From positions 416,001 through 480,000 of the forward strand of contig OZ243037.1 in NCBI GenBank assembly GCA_965212015.1: a stretch of DNA of 64,000 nt. Direction: 5' to 3'. A program made the translations under genes and the position numbers. Positions within the stretch are counted from its first letter, which is position 1, and each line of letters starts with the position of its first letter. Below the pieces are notes generated by a model. That model did no database searches. It was not told the origin of the DNA and worked only from the letters and a program-made list of their open reading frames with translations. Shown here one piece after another: positions 1 to 10,561 of the stretch. This DNA is from Cenarchaeum sp. (lineage in GTDB: Archaea > Thermoproteota > Nitrososphaeria > Nitrososphaerales > Nitrosopumilaceae).

Positions 1-3000
1 TATTTTTTGGCCAGTCGTGTACGACTTGCCAAACGTCGGCTTTGTCTTCCACTGCGTGTCGTCATCGCCGCCTCCCGAAGAGACCTGCTGCTGGGCAGTC
101 TCAGGCGCATCGGCAAACTCGAACCTGTATGACGTAAACACATTCGCATTAACAGGGTCTTCTACAAACCCTACATCAAACGTTATTATTTCAGATCCAA
201 TAAGGTCATTCGTGCCGGGGGCTATTTGGTAATGGGTGGAATTGAACACGGTTGCAGTGATGTGAGAGTTATCCGTGACGCCATTACCGTCCACGGGCAG
301 CTGAACGTTACTGATCATAACATTCTCCGCAAAGGCAGCATCCCCCCTGACGACCTGATCTGCAAGATTTATGAGGAACGGCTCAAATCCGGGTGGCAAA
401 AAGAACCTGCCTACCGGGGATTGTGGAAATCCCACCGGTACGGTTCCGGCAGGATCCGACTCGAATCGGAATAACAGTTGTTCGGGTTGGGGTAGATTTA
501 CCCCGTCATCCAGGGAAAAGGTAAACAGGGTCTGGCAGTTACAATTGGGACCGGGGGGCGTTACGATGAGACGATCGCCCACTATACTGGCGGTTAACGC
601 CTGGTTGCTCTGGCCCATTATGGTAACATCAAGGTGGGGCCTGCTGTTGTCAACATCCACAAACAGGTCATCCAGTGGGATGGCAAACCGGTCAGAGGTG
701 TGGCGCGGTCCAAAAGCCAGGTCCCCTTGCAGTGGCCCGGGTGCCGCGTCAGTGTTAACGGTGACAATTATGTAATTGACCGTCAGGCTGTCATGGAACA
801 GCGCAATGACCTCTTCTGTAACAATCCTCTCTTCTGTGCCAACCCCCGCGGCCTGGACTACTGCCGGACCGTGCAGGACGGCAGTGAACGTTACAGAATC
901 CGAGGTGGATGTAAAGTCGGATGTCGGATCATACGATATGGACCCAGAGCCGTTGGATGGGAATATTCTAGTGTGGATTGTGGTCCCGTTCGAGGTCAGC
1001 TCGGGAACAAGGGTGGCGCGATCGGTCTGGTTGATTCGAATCTCCCCCGTTGCAGACGCATTGTTGGCAGTTATTATAATGTGGTTAAACGCCACCGTCG
1101 GGTCTATGGCAAAGTCGTCCCAGTTCAGGACGACATCCGCATCCAAAAGGCCATGGTTTACATTAACTGAGGAGTCCTGAAATATGCCGGACTCGGTCGT
1201 CGGTATGCCCAGCACTAAAACCGTAATAGCCTCACAGGTGGCAGCTGTTGCTATGCCCGGTGCCATGCTTTCGGCGCACAGCCTAGCTACCACTATGCCT
1301 GACGATACCGGATCTATGATCAATATGTTTGATGATGACAAAATGGACAAATCTACGATTCCGGGATCCGGGTTGGTCACATTATACATAATGTCATCGC
1401 CATCCGGATCAACAAAAAACTGGTCCAAGAATACAAGCGTGTTCGCATCCCGGGGACCAACTACATATTCTGCCGGCAGGGTGGAATTGGCGGCCACATC
1501 GGTCTTGTTTACAGTTATATCAAATCCGCCAAAAAACATGCTTCCGTCCTCTAAGGCAAACGTATAGGTTATCGGGATGGGCGGCGACTGTATGCCGGTG
1601 GTCACAAATGTGTCGGATATCGTGTGTCTTGTTCTTTCGTCCGTTTCTTCGTCTATCGTCTGGCTGACTATCTGAAATCCATCTATGAATATTATACCTG
1701 TGGTGTCGTTAAACTGCAGAGGGTCGGCGCCACTCGCTACAAGTTCTTGTATCGACTGTAGATCCAGTTTTTCCAGGTCTACCACCCTAGAAAAATTAAT
1801 TACACTTAGCGGTATTCCCAGCTCGCCGGTTACCACCGGAATAGTGCCCCTGTCGATTGGGGATTCGGTATGGGAGAGGATATACAATGGCAGGGAATTC
1901 AGCGTCTGTCCCTCGTTTATCGACTGGTCAGGGATGCCACTGATCACAGCGGCAGTGCTAGTCGTTACCGTCAAAGGGACTTCGTGTGAGCCGTCACATA
2001 CCCTATACACGATGGTGGCCGGACCGGCATCACCGGTCGGCGTAAAGGCAAGCAGGCCGGTATCGGCATCAAGCGTGGCAGAGCCAGAAACAACGGGGTC
2101 GCCTGTCGCACTAACAAGGGAATACGTCAGGGTGTCTGCGGCATCGGCATCAACAGTATACAGGGAGAGATCCAGCTGTCCGACATTTGTGGCAAGTGAA
2201 ACGCCCGTGCCGCCTGCGACTACAGGTACCGTGTTGACGGGCCTCGGTTGGTTGTTTATAGTAACGGCATAGTCGCGCGAGACATCATCGGTATCATCGC
2301 CATCAAAGCCGTCATCAGATACCGTAACTGTAAACGATACAGAGCCGGTAGCGGCGCACCTTGCCGGCGTGTCCGTGTTTCTGAAATCAGGCGAGTTGTC
2401 CTGTGGAACCACACCGGAGAGATCTCCCGTGGCGGAATCTATGCTCAGCCAGCCCGGGTTATTCGAGATGCGGTATGTGATCGTATCTGCGTCGCGATCG
2501 GTTGCGGGAATGGCGAGGCCAGAGACGTCGATGCCCTCCTCAAAGAAGCTAAAGGTGGGAGTCCCAAGGACAGGGGCCGAGTTTCGCGTGAATTCGTGTA
2601 TGGTGTTGGCGCCGTCGTTTCTTACAAAGGACATTGTTGTAAGGTCAGTCGAGAACGCAAGGCCCTGTGCCGAATTGGTCGTCCCCAGCGGCTGCGTGGC
2701 CTCTAGGGACAGGGTATTCACGTCATATGCCACACCGAACGTATACGCATGGAGGTCTCTGGCAGTAAGGACGTACATTACCGTGCCGTCATCGTTGACT
2801 GCAAGCGACCTCTGGAATTCTTGAAGTATAGCGGACGTGACAAAGTCGTTTGCATCACCGGATGATACGTCAAAGCCGACGTCGAGCGGAAAGTCATATA
2901 TGTGACCGCCGCCGCTGCCGCTGTCTATCACGTACAGGTGGGTGCCGTCGCGCGAGAATTCCATTCCCTGCGCGCCGGTAGCGGCAGCCGAGATGTCCAG

Positions 3001-6000
3001 GTCGTCGTTCAGATAGGTGGGACTTGAAATGTCAAAGGCGCCCCCCAGATCGTACTCTAGTATCTCGTTAGTCGTTTGGCCCAGCACGAACATCTTTTGG
3101 CCGTTAGTCGAGAACTCTAGTGCACGGGGCGTGTCGTTATCGGTTATCGTATATGCCAGGCCGCCGGCTGCCGCCGTGGATGAGTTAAAGTTTGTAGAAA
3201 GCGCATACCGGCGTATCATGTCGTCGCCGTCATTTGTTATAAATATCGCATCGCCGCTGCCTGAGAAATCAATGTCTGCGGCGCCGGTGGGCGTTCTTGT
3301 TATGGAGGAGCTCGAGGTATAGTCGATCATGACATTCAGCGACAGATCAATTGAATAGGCATTCGATGCCTCGTTGCTTCCCGTCGCGTTTGCCGGTATT
3401 GACACCGTTATGGTGGCATCGTCTGCCCCGCGCAGCACGTCAAAGGCGTACATTGTGCCGGAGCCGGTAAGGTTTGACGGCACGTGGGTGCCCATGCTGC
3501 TGAGCACCGTAATATCGTCCAGTTCAAAGTCCGTCACCGGATCGCCAAATTCGACGTTAAACGATGCAATGCCGTCAGCAGCAGTCGCCCCCGGCGGATT
3601 GCTGTCTATTTCCGTCGTAAACGGGTCAAAGACGGAATACCTAAAGATGTCTTTTAGTACGTTTTCGAGTACAAACAGGTGAAGGCCGTTGTCTGCAACT
3701 GCTATACTGTTGGTATCCGTGATGGGAAGCGTTTGGGAACTGCCGCTGTACGATATGGAGGAGGGGGCCACGGTATACTCGTACAACACATTGTCAAATC
3801 CCATGACAAGCATGGCCGTACTGTTGTAAAATGCCACGTCCTGCGGCTGGCGTGGATTATTGCCCAAATTAAGGGATCTGTCGTATGTCACATCGGAGAC
3901 TGAAAAGGGGATTGCCAGCGTGTGCTCGTGGACCTGGCTGGTGGCAGAGGTCAAGCCCTCCACTACAAACAGCTTTGTGCCATCAGATGAAATGGTGAAT
4001 CCGGTGGGGAGCTGTCCCAGATTGGTCAGCGTGTGCGTGTTTACCAGCGTGCGCGGATCTAGGACATATGGCGCATCCAGGGCATATTCATAGAGTATGC
4101 CGATAATTAGATCCATTAGAATCATGGTGCGCCCGTCGTTTGAGAACTCTAGATCCGTTGCGGAAAGACTCTCCGGTACCGAAGACACAAAGTCAAGTGT
4201 GATGTCGCTGTTGGTGTCAGATGTCGTGTTTGCAAAGTCAAACGGCGTGTTTGTCGTGTACCGGGTAATGTCGTTGTCTTCAATTTCCAGGACGAACATG
4301 TGCAGCCCGTCGTTTGAGAATTGTATGGCACTAGGTGAGTCACGAAGCGGCCTCTCAAAGATGGCATCAGGTACGAGGTCGCCCGTGACAAAGGGCGCAA
4401 TCGAATCCGCTATGCGGAGTATTACAGGCTCGAGGTCTGTGCCGTCGGCATTTGTGGCATTGACATTAAAGGAGAACGTGCCTGCGGCGTTTGGCGTCCA
4501 GCTGAATGCGCCGCCGGGCGTTATCGCGGCATCTTCCAGCGCACCGCCGGGCGCAAAGTCCGCCGGCACACCATCAAGTGTGAATCCAGCCGCCGGCCTG
4601 CCCGCTACCTGCCCGAACTGCAGGATGATCTCCTCGTTTATCACGTACTGTGGCTGTATTGCCGGCAGTATGATTATGGGCGGCATGGTACCAGCGGGCG
4701 GGGTAACCGGCGCGTTTGCAAAGTCGTACTGGAATGATTCAGAGGCCGCCGTGTTGGCGTTCCCATTCACGTCCTCGAACGAGCCTGAAAGAACGAATAT
4801 GCTTATGTTCTGATCCGCGGCGGAGTGCACTATCTGAAAGTCATACGTGATGTCAGTCTTCCGTTCGATATTCATCACGGAGTGTGACGCGGAATCACCA
4901 CTCGCATCAATGTCACCTGCGGTAAACGTGCTTTCCATTATGGGCTCGCTGAATGTCGCAGTGAAATTGGCCGTAACCAAGTTCGTGACGGTACTTTCTG
5001 TCACCTGGGTGCTAGAGATTGTAACTGTGGGCGGGGTGTTATCCGGCGCGTTTGCAAAGTCGTACTGGAATGATTCAGAGGCCGCCGTGTTGGCGTTCCC
5101 ATTCACGTCCTCGAACGAGTTTCCACGAACGAATATGCTTATGTTCTGATCCGCGGCAGAGTGCACTATCTGAAAGTCATACGTGATGTCAGTCTTCCGT
5201 TCGATATTCATTGCGGTGTGTATCGAGGAATCACCACTCGCATCAATGTCACCTGCGGTAAACGTGCTTTCCATTATGGGCTCGCTGAATGTCGCAGTGA
5301 AATTGGCCGTAACCAAGTTCGTGGTGCTACTTTCTGTCACCTGGGTGCTAGAGATTGTAACTGTGGGCGGGGTGTTATCCACTTGGGAAAAAGTGGCGGT
5401 AAATGGAATTGCCGCAGAGTTGAAGTTATTCTGACCCACACTACGCGCCCTGTCTACGGGAATCGACACGGTCAGATCACCGATGGAGGATCCGATACCG
5501 ACGACAAACGTGTACCGGGAGGGGTTGATTTGATTAAAGCTCGATACTTGGGGATCGCCGCCGTTTACGGTACCTGACAGTTCGATCCCCGTTGCGTTAA
5601 ATCCCGTTACAGGCTCGTTGAATCGGACGTCAAATGTTATGGACGATGCGGCCGTGGATGTGCCGTTTGCCAGAGGCGAACCGTCATTGGCCGTGATTGT
5701 CGGGATGGTGGGCAGCGTAAAGGCGGCGCGGAGCGGATACTGGAGGACGGTGTCGGTAGTCGAGGAGACGGTATACATGGTCATGCCGTCAACTGAAAAG
5801 TCTATTCCGCCGTTATTAGTAGATGGCAGGTTAAAAGTGTCAACGGCTGCACCGAGACCGTCCAGGTTAAAGGGCGGATTCAGGTTGAACTGACTAAGCG
5901 TAGTCACACCTATCACAAACAGCCTTGTGCCGTCAGTGGAGATTGCCACGCCGCGAGCACCACCAAGCACGTTTGGATTAAAACTGCTGTCGGCTGCACC

Positions 6001-6510
6001 GGCGGAGTCAGGCGTTACATCAAAGGGCGTTGAGAGCCGGTATCCAGAAATACTACCCCCTCCAAGAAACACCCAATCGCCGTTAGCAGAGAATGTAGCA
6101 CCTGTTGCGCCGCCGATGCAGCAGCCGGGGTTTTCGAGCGGAGTGTATGAATTACCACCATCGATGCTGTACGGGACAAGAGCGTTTCGCCCGGTATTTA
6201 GAACATACAAGGTACTCCCGTCATTGGAGACTAGCACGTCCTGAAACTCGAATGCGTGAGAAGAGGGAAAGTTTCCGCTAGCCGTGCCGGGTACGGTGGC
6301 GCTAGCTATGTCAAAGGGGGTACTGAGCGAGAATGTAATGATCTGATTGGTTCCTGAAACATACAATGTCATGCCGTCGTTGGACATGGTCAGCCCCGTG
6401 GGTATGCCTTCAGGAGGATTGACGCTGATGGATGTCTGGGCATAAGCCGAGACTGGGATCAAAACCAACAGTGGCAACAGAAAGGCTACCATCAGCATGC
6501 TCTTTTGCAT
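1..6510 (-). CDS. Giant secreted surface protein (>2170 aa, 3' end beyond window): signal peptide, beta-propeller repeats, multiple Ig/cadherin-like domains, start of a conserved C-terminal domain
   Basis: ATG at 6510 gives MQKSMLMVAFLLPLLVLIPVSAYAQ (signal peptide), then propeller-type repeats (PTGLTMSNDGMTLYVSG...FSLSTPFDIASA). The same frame at position 1 reads ...GGGDDDTQWKTKPTFGKSYTTGQKI. Its absence from the ORF track is consistent with no stop codon inside the window; not every codon was checked by hand. Confidence 0.88.
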   Translation of the reverse strand, partial: MQKSMLMVAFLLPLLVLIPVSAYAQTSISVNPPEGIPTGLTMSNDGMTLYVSGTNQIITFSLSTPFDIASATVPGTASGNFPSSHAFEFQDVLVSNDGSTLYVLNTGRNALVPYSIDGGNSYTPLENPGCCIGGATGATFSANGDWVFLGGGSISGYRLSTPFDVTPDSAGAADSSFNPNVLGGARGVAISTDGTRLFVIGVTTLSQFNLNPPFNLDGLGAAVDTFNLPSTNNGGIDFSVDGMTMYTVSSTTDTVLQYPLRAAFTLPTIPTITANDGSPLANGTSTAASSITFDVRFNEPVTGFNATGIELSGTVNGGDPQVSSFNQINPSRYTFVVGIGSSIGDLTVSIPVDRARSVGQNNFNSAAIPFTATFSQVDNTPPTVTISSTQVTESSTTNLVTANFTATFSEPIMESTFTAGDIDASGDSSIHTAMNIERKTDITYDFQIVHSAADQNISIFVRGNSFEDVNGNANTAASESFQYDFANAPDNTPPTVTISSTQVTESTVTNLVTANFTATFSEPIMESTFTAGDIDASGDSASHSVMNIERKTDITYDFQIVHSAADQNISIFVLSGSFEDVNGNANTAASESFQYDFANAPVTPPAGTMPPIIILPAIQPQYVINEEIILQFGQVAGRPAAGFTLDGVPADFAPGGALEDAAITPGGAFSWTPNAAGTFSFNVNATNADGTDLEPVILRIADSIAPFVTGDLVPDAIFERPLRDSPSAIQFSNDGLHMFVLEIEDNDITRYTTNTPFDFANTTSDTNSDITLDFVSSVPESLSATDLEFSNDGRTMILMDLIIGILYEYALDAPYVLDPRTLVNTHTLTNLGQLPTGFTISSDGTKLFVVEGLTSATSQVHEHTLAIPFSVSDVTYDRSLNLGNNPRQPQDVAFYNSTAMLVMGFDNVLYEYTVAPSSISYSGSSQTLPITDTNSIAVADNGLHLFVLENVLKDIFRYSVFDPFTTEIDSNPPGATAADGIASFNVEFGDPVTDFELDDITVLSSMGTHVPSNLTGSGTMYAFDVLRGADDATITVSIPANATGSNEASNAYSIDLSLNVMIDYTSSSSITRTPTGAADIDFSGSGDAIFITNDGDDMIRRYALSTNFNSSTAAAGGLAYTITDNDTPRALEFSTNGQKMFVLGQTTNEILEYDLGGAFDISSPTYLNDDLDISAAATGAQGMEFSRDGTHLYVIDSGSGGGHIYDFPLDVGFDVSSGDANDFVTSAILQEFQRSLAVNDDGTVMYVLTARDLHAYTFGVAYDVNTLSLEATQPLGTTNSAQGLAFSTDLTTMSFVRNDGANTIHEFTRNSAPVLGTPTFSFFEEGIDVSGLAIPATDRDADTITYRISNNPGWLSIDSATGDLSGVVPQDNSPDFRNTDTPARCAATGSVSFTVTVSDDGFDGDDTDDVSRDYAVTINNQPRPVNTVPVVAGGTGVSLATNVGQLDLSLYTVDADAADTLTYSLVSATGDPVVSGSATLDADTGLLAFTPTGDAGPATIVYRVCDGSHEVPLTVTTSTAAVISGIPDQSINEGQTLNSLPLYILSHTESPIDRGTIPVVTGELGIPLSVINFSRVVDLEKLDLQSIQELVASGADPLQFNDTTGIIFIDGFQIVSQTIDEETDERTRHTISDTFVTTGIQSPPIPITYTFALEDGSMFFGGFDITVNKTDVAANSTLPAEYVVGPRDANTLVFLDQFFVDPDGDDIMYNVTNPDPGIVDLSILSSSNILIIDPVSSGIVVARLCAESMAPGIATAATCEAITVLVLGIPTTESGIFQDSSVNVNHGLLDADVVLNWDDFAIDPTVAFNHIIITANNASATGEIRINQTDRATLVPELTSNGTTIHTRIFPSNGSGSISYDPTSDFTSTSDSVTFTAVLHGPAVVQAAGVGTEERIVTEEVIALFHDSLTVNYIIVTVNTDAAPGPLQGDLAFGPRHTSDRFAIPLDDLFVDVDNSRPHLDVTIMGQSNQALTASIVGDRLIVTPPGPNCNCQTLFTFSLDDGVNLPQPEQLLFRFESDPAGTVPVGFPQSPVGRFFLPPGFEPFLINLADQVVRGDAAFAENVMISNVQLPVDGNGVTDNSHITATVFNSTHYQIAPGTNDLIGSEIITFDVGFVEDPVNANVFTSYRFEFADAPETAQQQVSSGGGDDDTQWKTKPTFGKSYTTGQKI
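4707..5380. repeat. 336-bp tandem duplication (2 copies, one 112-aa Ig-like module) inside the giant surface protein gene
   Basis: ccggcgcgtttgcaaagtcgtactggaatgattc starts at 4707 and again at 5043. The copies are near-identical, with a few clustered substitutions. Confidence 0.95.
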
Positions 6511-6530
6511 ATACCGTCCCACCCCGATTG

Positions 6531-6540
6531 CTTATAAAAG
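6531..6540 (-). promoter_or_regulatory. Archaeal TATA box for the giant surface protein gene (probably leaderless mRNA)
   Basis: CTTTTATAAG on the minus strand about 21 nt upstream of ATG 6510. Confidence 0.6.
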
Positions 6541-6938
6541 TATACGACCAAGACGGGTGATCGATCAGGTCGTACATGCGGCAGTATCTTGATCCGCCGG
6601 CATATGGATTCCGGCCGAACTTTCCCCTCAAGCTCCCACGATCCCATATGACCCGATCTGCACCCATGCCGTCTCGCTCCCACGGAATTTTACGGATTTA
6701 CAGGAAATGATCCGCCGCATTTTTGTACCATGGCCGTTGGGCGCAGATACGGCGGTGTGTGCAAGTTCTAGCTGGAACTGCCGGTATGCATGGGTTAAAA
6801 CCTGCGCCGGGATAAATCAGGTAGTTTGTGTAACCGGTTAGGTTCGGTGCCTGCGGATCCAAATATCCCTCTTGAAGCTAACCGATTAGCAGTTTGTGAC
6901 AGAGCGGTTTTTATAACTACCATCCAGACCAGCATCTG

Positions 6939-7739
6939 TTGATCTCCGTGGCAATTCCCGACTCGTGTCTGGTCGACGAATCCACCAGGCTGGACAAGTC
7001 CAGAAAGATTTCAAGCATCGCCAGGTCGTGTGCAATCTTTGGGATAGACCACATATACATATACGACAACGGGGGATCCGAACAGGACAAAAACCTGCTT
7101 GTCACGATTTTAAAATACCTAGAGACGCCGCCTTTTTTGCGAAAGAGGCTTTTTGCCAGGGTAAACGAGCTAAAATACGCCGGGGTGCTCAGCCCGCTAA
7201 AGATTCCCAGCCACGTGACTCCCACAAACCCCAAAAAGATCTCCGGCGGCGACATCAGGGAGGGAATCATAATGTCATACAAGGGCAGAAGATTCGTAGA
7301 TGTGGGAATAAACCAGCTGATTGCATACCACGGATCAAGGGAGCTCGGAAAGAGGGCAACCATACAGTTCAAGTCGGGATTTCCCGAGCTTTCAATCAAG
7401 GAGGTCTCAAGGCAGGATGCGGCACAATACTGGGGATACCAAGTCCGCCAGAGGGCGCTGTCCGGTCTGGTCACAAGCTGGGAGGGAAAGATGATTCTCA
7501 CATCCAGAAAGGGCAAGGCCGCAGGACTCCAGGCGGTGCGCGAGTACGCAGGATATGCGGGGCCCGTACTAGTGGTGTTTGGCTCCACGGACATGGGGAT
7601 ACACGAGATTCTCGGCGGTACGATCAAGCAGGTACAAAACGCGCGGGTTTTGAACTTTTTTCCCGATCAAAAGACCGAGACAGTACGTCTGGAAGAAGCG
7701 GTGCTCGGGGTGCTGTCAATACTTGGATCAGGGGTATGA
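6939..7739 (+). CDS. SPOUT-family RNA methyltransferase (DUF171/SPOUT1-like)
   Basis: ISVAIPDS, IARSCAIFGID, LKYLETPPFLRK, NFFPDQKTETVRLEEA motifs. Confidence 0.9.
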   Translation: MISVAIPDSCLVDESTRLDKSRKISSIARSCAIFGIDHIYIYDNGGSEQDKNLLVTILKYLETPPFLRKRLFARVNELKYAGVLSPLKIPSHVTPTNPKKISGGDIREGIIMSYKGRRFVDVGINQLIAYHGSRELGKRATIQFKSGFPELSIKEVSRQDAAQYWGYQVRQRALSGLVTSWEGKMILTSRKGKAAGLQAVREYAGYAGPVLVVFGSTDMGIHEILGGTIKQVQNARVLNFFPDQKTETVRLEEAVLGVLSILGSGV

Positions 7740-7840
7740 AAGGCGACAGGTTTTTTCTTTTGGCAATAGCCGTGGGCATTGCAGGGGTGGTCATCGGGGG
7801 GATCAGCTTGTGGAAGATAATCGGCGATTTTCAGCCGTGA
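7736..7840 (+). CDS. Small single-TM protein (34 aa)
   Basis: ATGA overlap with the upstream stop; MKGDRFFLLAIAVGIAGVVIGGISLWKIIGDFQP. Confidence 0.55.
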   Translation: MKGDRFFLLAIAVGIAGVVIGGISLWKIIGDFQP

Positions 7841-7843
7841 GGT

Positions 7844-8041
7844 TCAGTCCGCCGTGCGCCCGGACGCCCTGCCTCGCGGCCCGGATCTGAGCCTGGTCTT
7901 GCAGCACGGGCACATTATCTCTTTTGTGCTAAAGAACATGGCACACAGCGAGCACCATTTCTGCCCTATTTTGTACCGGAGATGGCCTGCAAAAGACTCG
8001 GCCCGGAACCGCACGCACACCCCCTTGCATGTCTGTGTCAA
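7844..8041 (-). CDS. Small Cys-rich zinc-binding protein (thaumarchaeal type)
   Basis: TTG start; CKGVC...KWCSLC...CPCCKTRLR; TTAAATA TATA-like element upstream. Confidence 0.75.
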   Translation of the reverse strand: MTQTCKGVCVRFRAESFAGHLRYKIGQKWCSLCAMFFSTKEIMCPCCKTRLRSGPRGRASGRTAD

Positions 8042-8322
8042 CGGTACGTCTTTTGTGCGCGAATATTTAAGAAAACATCCAAATCGGCGGCACGTGGCCT
8101 GCAAGCTGCCAATGACGCAAAACCTGCGCACGTGTCGCAGCGGGACCAGAAACGACTGACAGGCAGTTTGTGTAAAAACAGCAGTCAGGCCTTGGGCTCT
8201 GCCTAGTACCGCCCAAAAAGCGCGCCGCATCTGGCCACCCTCGTTTAGTGGTCCACGCCAAATCCCGACCCGTGCCGGGGGAGTTGGCAGACGAATCCCG
8301 GTCCGGGAGGCGGGGCCCTGAT

Positions 8323-8775
8323 CTAGTCAAACTCTACTGTCGCGTCAATCTCTGTCATCGAGTCCAGCGGCAGGCTTGAGACGCCTACTGCAATCCTCGA
8401 GTGCCTGCCGCGCTCCCCGAATATCTCAAAAAGCATGTCAGAGGCGGCGTTGATCACCTCCGGATGCCGCGTAAACTCTGGGGATGCGTTTACAAACCCG
8501 GAAATCCTGACAAATTTGGCAATCCTGTCGAGCGTTCCCAGCTCCCTTTTGAGCTGTGCCAGGATGTTGACTGCGCATATCCTTGCTGATGCTCTGGCAT
8601 CGTCAATGTTCCCATCGTTTGTCTTTCCGCCGTATGCAATCCTGCCGTCAACTACGGGGATCTGGCCGGAGACAAACGCCGTGCCGTCCAGTACGCTTAC
8701 CGGCACGTACGAGCCTGCCGGTGCTGGCGGATCCGGAATCACGATTCCGAGCTGTTCGAGTCTTTCGTCTATCAT
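8323..8775 (-). CDS. RidA/YjgF family protein
   Basis: PPAPAGSYVP, FVSGQIP, GRHSRIAVGVSSLP. Confidence 0.92.
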   Translation of the reverse strand: MIDERLEQLGIVIPDPPAPAGSYVPVSVLDGTAFVSGQIPVVDGRIAYGGKTNDGNIDDARASARICAVNILAQLKRELGTLDRIAKFVRISGFVNASPEFTRHPEVINAASDMLFEIFGERGRHSRIAVGVSSLPLDSMTEIDATVEFD

Positions 8776-8800
8776 GACATGCCCGTGCCGCCTCGTGCTT

Positions 8801-9961
8801 TTAGTTTTTTGCACCGAACTTTAGGTGCACCCTTTCGCCTTTTTGCACCTGGTTCTGGTATGTCATCTTTGTCTTGTATCCCGACTTTTTCAGGTATCCG
8901 TCAAGGAGCGCCACCCACGGAAGCGAGTGGCCGTTGTTTATCCTTGATTCGACAGAGATGTTTTTTGCCTTGGCATCCAGGATGGCATGCCCGGAGCACG
9001 TTATTTGCAGCGCGGAATCCACCATCTCGATTACCTCGCCGACGGATCTGTCCACGAGGCTTATGCCGTTTTTGTCAAGGATTCTCAGCAGGTCGAACCG
9101 GTTTTTTGATATCATCTCAGAGTCAAGCATGTGGCCCAGCGCGTTTTCATCGATTATGCGTATCATCCGGTAGATCTCTTGCGCCTCTGACTTGTTCATG
9201 TCAGACAGGCCGTATGTTTTTACGGCGTGCTTCCATGCGTGTGCAAACATTCCCGACTCGTTTGAGCCCAGAATGCCGGCAGACGGGAATATCTCACCGT
9301 TGCCGCTAGAGCCGTCGACTACCAGCAGGTCTGCCCCGTCAAAGATAAAGCAGTTCCGGACAGTCTCCGACGCCCTGATCTTTATTCCGCCAGGCAGCAT
9401 CCGGAATGACTCTGATCCCAGCTGCGATGCCGGAATTATCACCCCAACTTCGAGGTTTCTGCGCAGCGTCGCAAGAAGCTGCTCCTTGCACCCAGCAAGA
9501 AGCCCCAGCCCCCACTGATCCACCGTTATGTGAATCGAGTATTTCGCCCCCTCGATCATGGCGCCAAGCTGATCCTGGATGCTGCTTGCGGCCAGGTGAA
9601 AATACCTCTTTTCCTCAGTGCCGCGCGATTTCCTGCCGGCATCGCTTATCCTCTTTAGGCCAGAGACTAGCGCGTTCATGGCGTTTACCCTGCCCACCTG
9701 ATCCCGTATGACGCCATCAAATGCGTCTTCGGGGGCGATTGCAGTATACGTTATGGTTTTTTTTCTGGAAATGATTGCAAGCTTTTTGTCCTTTAGTTTG
9801 AGCAGGGTGGGATAGATTTTGGTTCTCGGCAGGCCCGAATAGTATGCAAGCTCGCTTGCCGACATTGTGCCCCTGGACAGGAGCGAAACGTATGCCTGCG
9901 ACTCGTACCTGCCAAGTCCGAACTCCTCCAGGCTGACTGCCAGCGCCTTTTCGTCGACCAC
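8801..9961 (-). CDS. TrmB-family transcriptional regulator
   Basis: N-terminal LEEFGLGRYESQAYVSLL...ASELAYYSGLPRTKIY HTH; GTG start inferred. Confidence 0.88.
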   Translation of the reverse strand: MVDEKALAVSLEEFGLGRYESQAYVSLLSRGTMSASELAYYSGLPRTKIYPTLLKLKDKKLAIISRKKTITYTAIAPEDAFDGVIRDQVGRVNAMNALVSGLKRISDAGRKSRGTEEKRYFHLAASSIQDQLGAMIEGAKYSIHITVDQWGLGLLAGCKEQLLATLRRNLEVGVIIPASQLGSESFRMLPGGIKIRASETVRNCFIFDGADLLVVDGSSGNGEIFPSAGILGSNESGMFAHAWKHAVKTYGLSDMNKSEAQEIYRMIRIIDENALGHMLDSEMISKNRFDLLRILDKNGISLVDRSVGEVIEMVDSALQITCSGHAILDAKAKNISVESRINNGHSLPWVALLDGYLKKSGYKTKMTYQNQVQKGERVHLKFGAKN

Positions 9962-10174
9962 GTGGCATTCTTTTCTAGTTGTTAGGTAAGAGCGGGTGTA
10001 AAATCCCTTTACCAAACTGCTCAAAAAAAGTGCCAGTTGTACCTGTAGGGGCGGCAGGGCACAGTTAACGTGCAAAACCGCAGTCTGCCGTATCGTACTA
10101 AAGCAATTTTGATCGCATGCTCTAAATTAAGCAATCCCCGTGCTAATCAAAGCCCTCGTACAGGTTAATGCCAG

Positions 10175-10561
10175 TTGGGCATCATAAAAGGCAGGAATCA
10201 GGGGGACGCAGTCAAAAACACGTCAGAGATGGTCAAAAGGCATCTCGCGAGGATTACAAGGTCCAAAGAAGAGCAGGTATCAAGGCTTAGCGCAGAGGAG
10301 CTGCGGGATTTCGACAAAATCCTCCAGATAACGAGCTTTCTCTTGTGCAAATACGAGGACAAAAAGGCGGTTTATTCGCTGTTAAGCGAGTTCGTATCGA
10401 CGATTCACGCCTCTATTGACTCGCTAGACAGAATAGACGACAAAATCAGCGAGATTGTGCTGTCTGCGGACTGCGGCGTACGGGGCATAAAAGAGATTCA
10501 TGCCAGGGTCTCTGAGAACCTGATGGCAAGGCCGTCCCCCGAACCTCCCGCCGCCCCGTAG
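10175..10561 (+). CDS. Hypothetical helical protein upstream of cdvC
   Basis: 128-aa ORF, same strand as cdvC, plausible protein composition. Confidence 0.65.
   Translation: MGIIKGRNQGDAVKNTSEMVKRHLARITRSKEEQVSRLSAEELRDFDKILQITSFLLCKYEDKKAVYSLLSEFVSTIHASIDSLDRIDDKISEIVLSADCGVRGIKEIHARVSENLMARPSPEPPAAP

Noticed and set aside
4707-5380. Possible DGR template/variable repeat pair
   Set aside because: Mismatches are not adenine-specific on either strand, both copies lie within one ORF, and no reverse transcriptase gene is in the window.
17-6244. Chain of 70-240 aa plus-strand ORFs in the ORF track
   Set aside because: Antisense shadows of the giant minus-strand surface-protein gene; no recognisable motifs.
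8060-8320. GC-rich intergenic region with small hairpins, considered as tRNA/SRP/RNase P RNA
   Set aside because: No cloverleaf, T-loop or SRP/RNase P signature motifs could be found.
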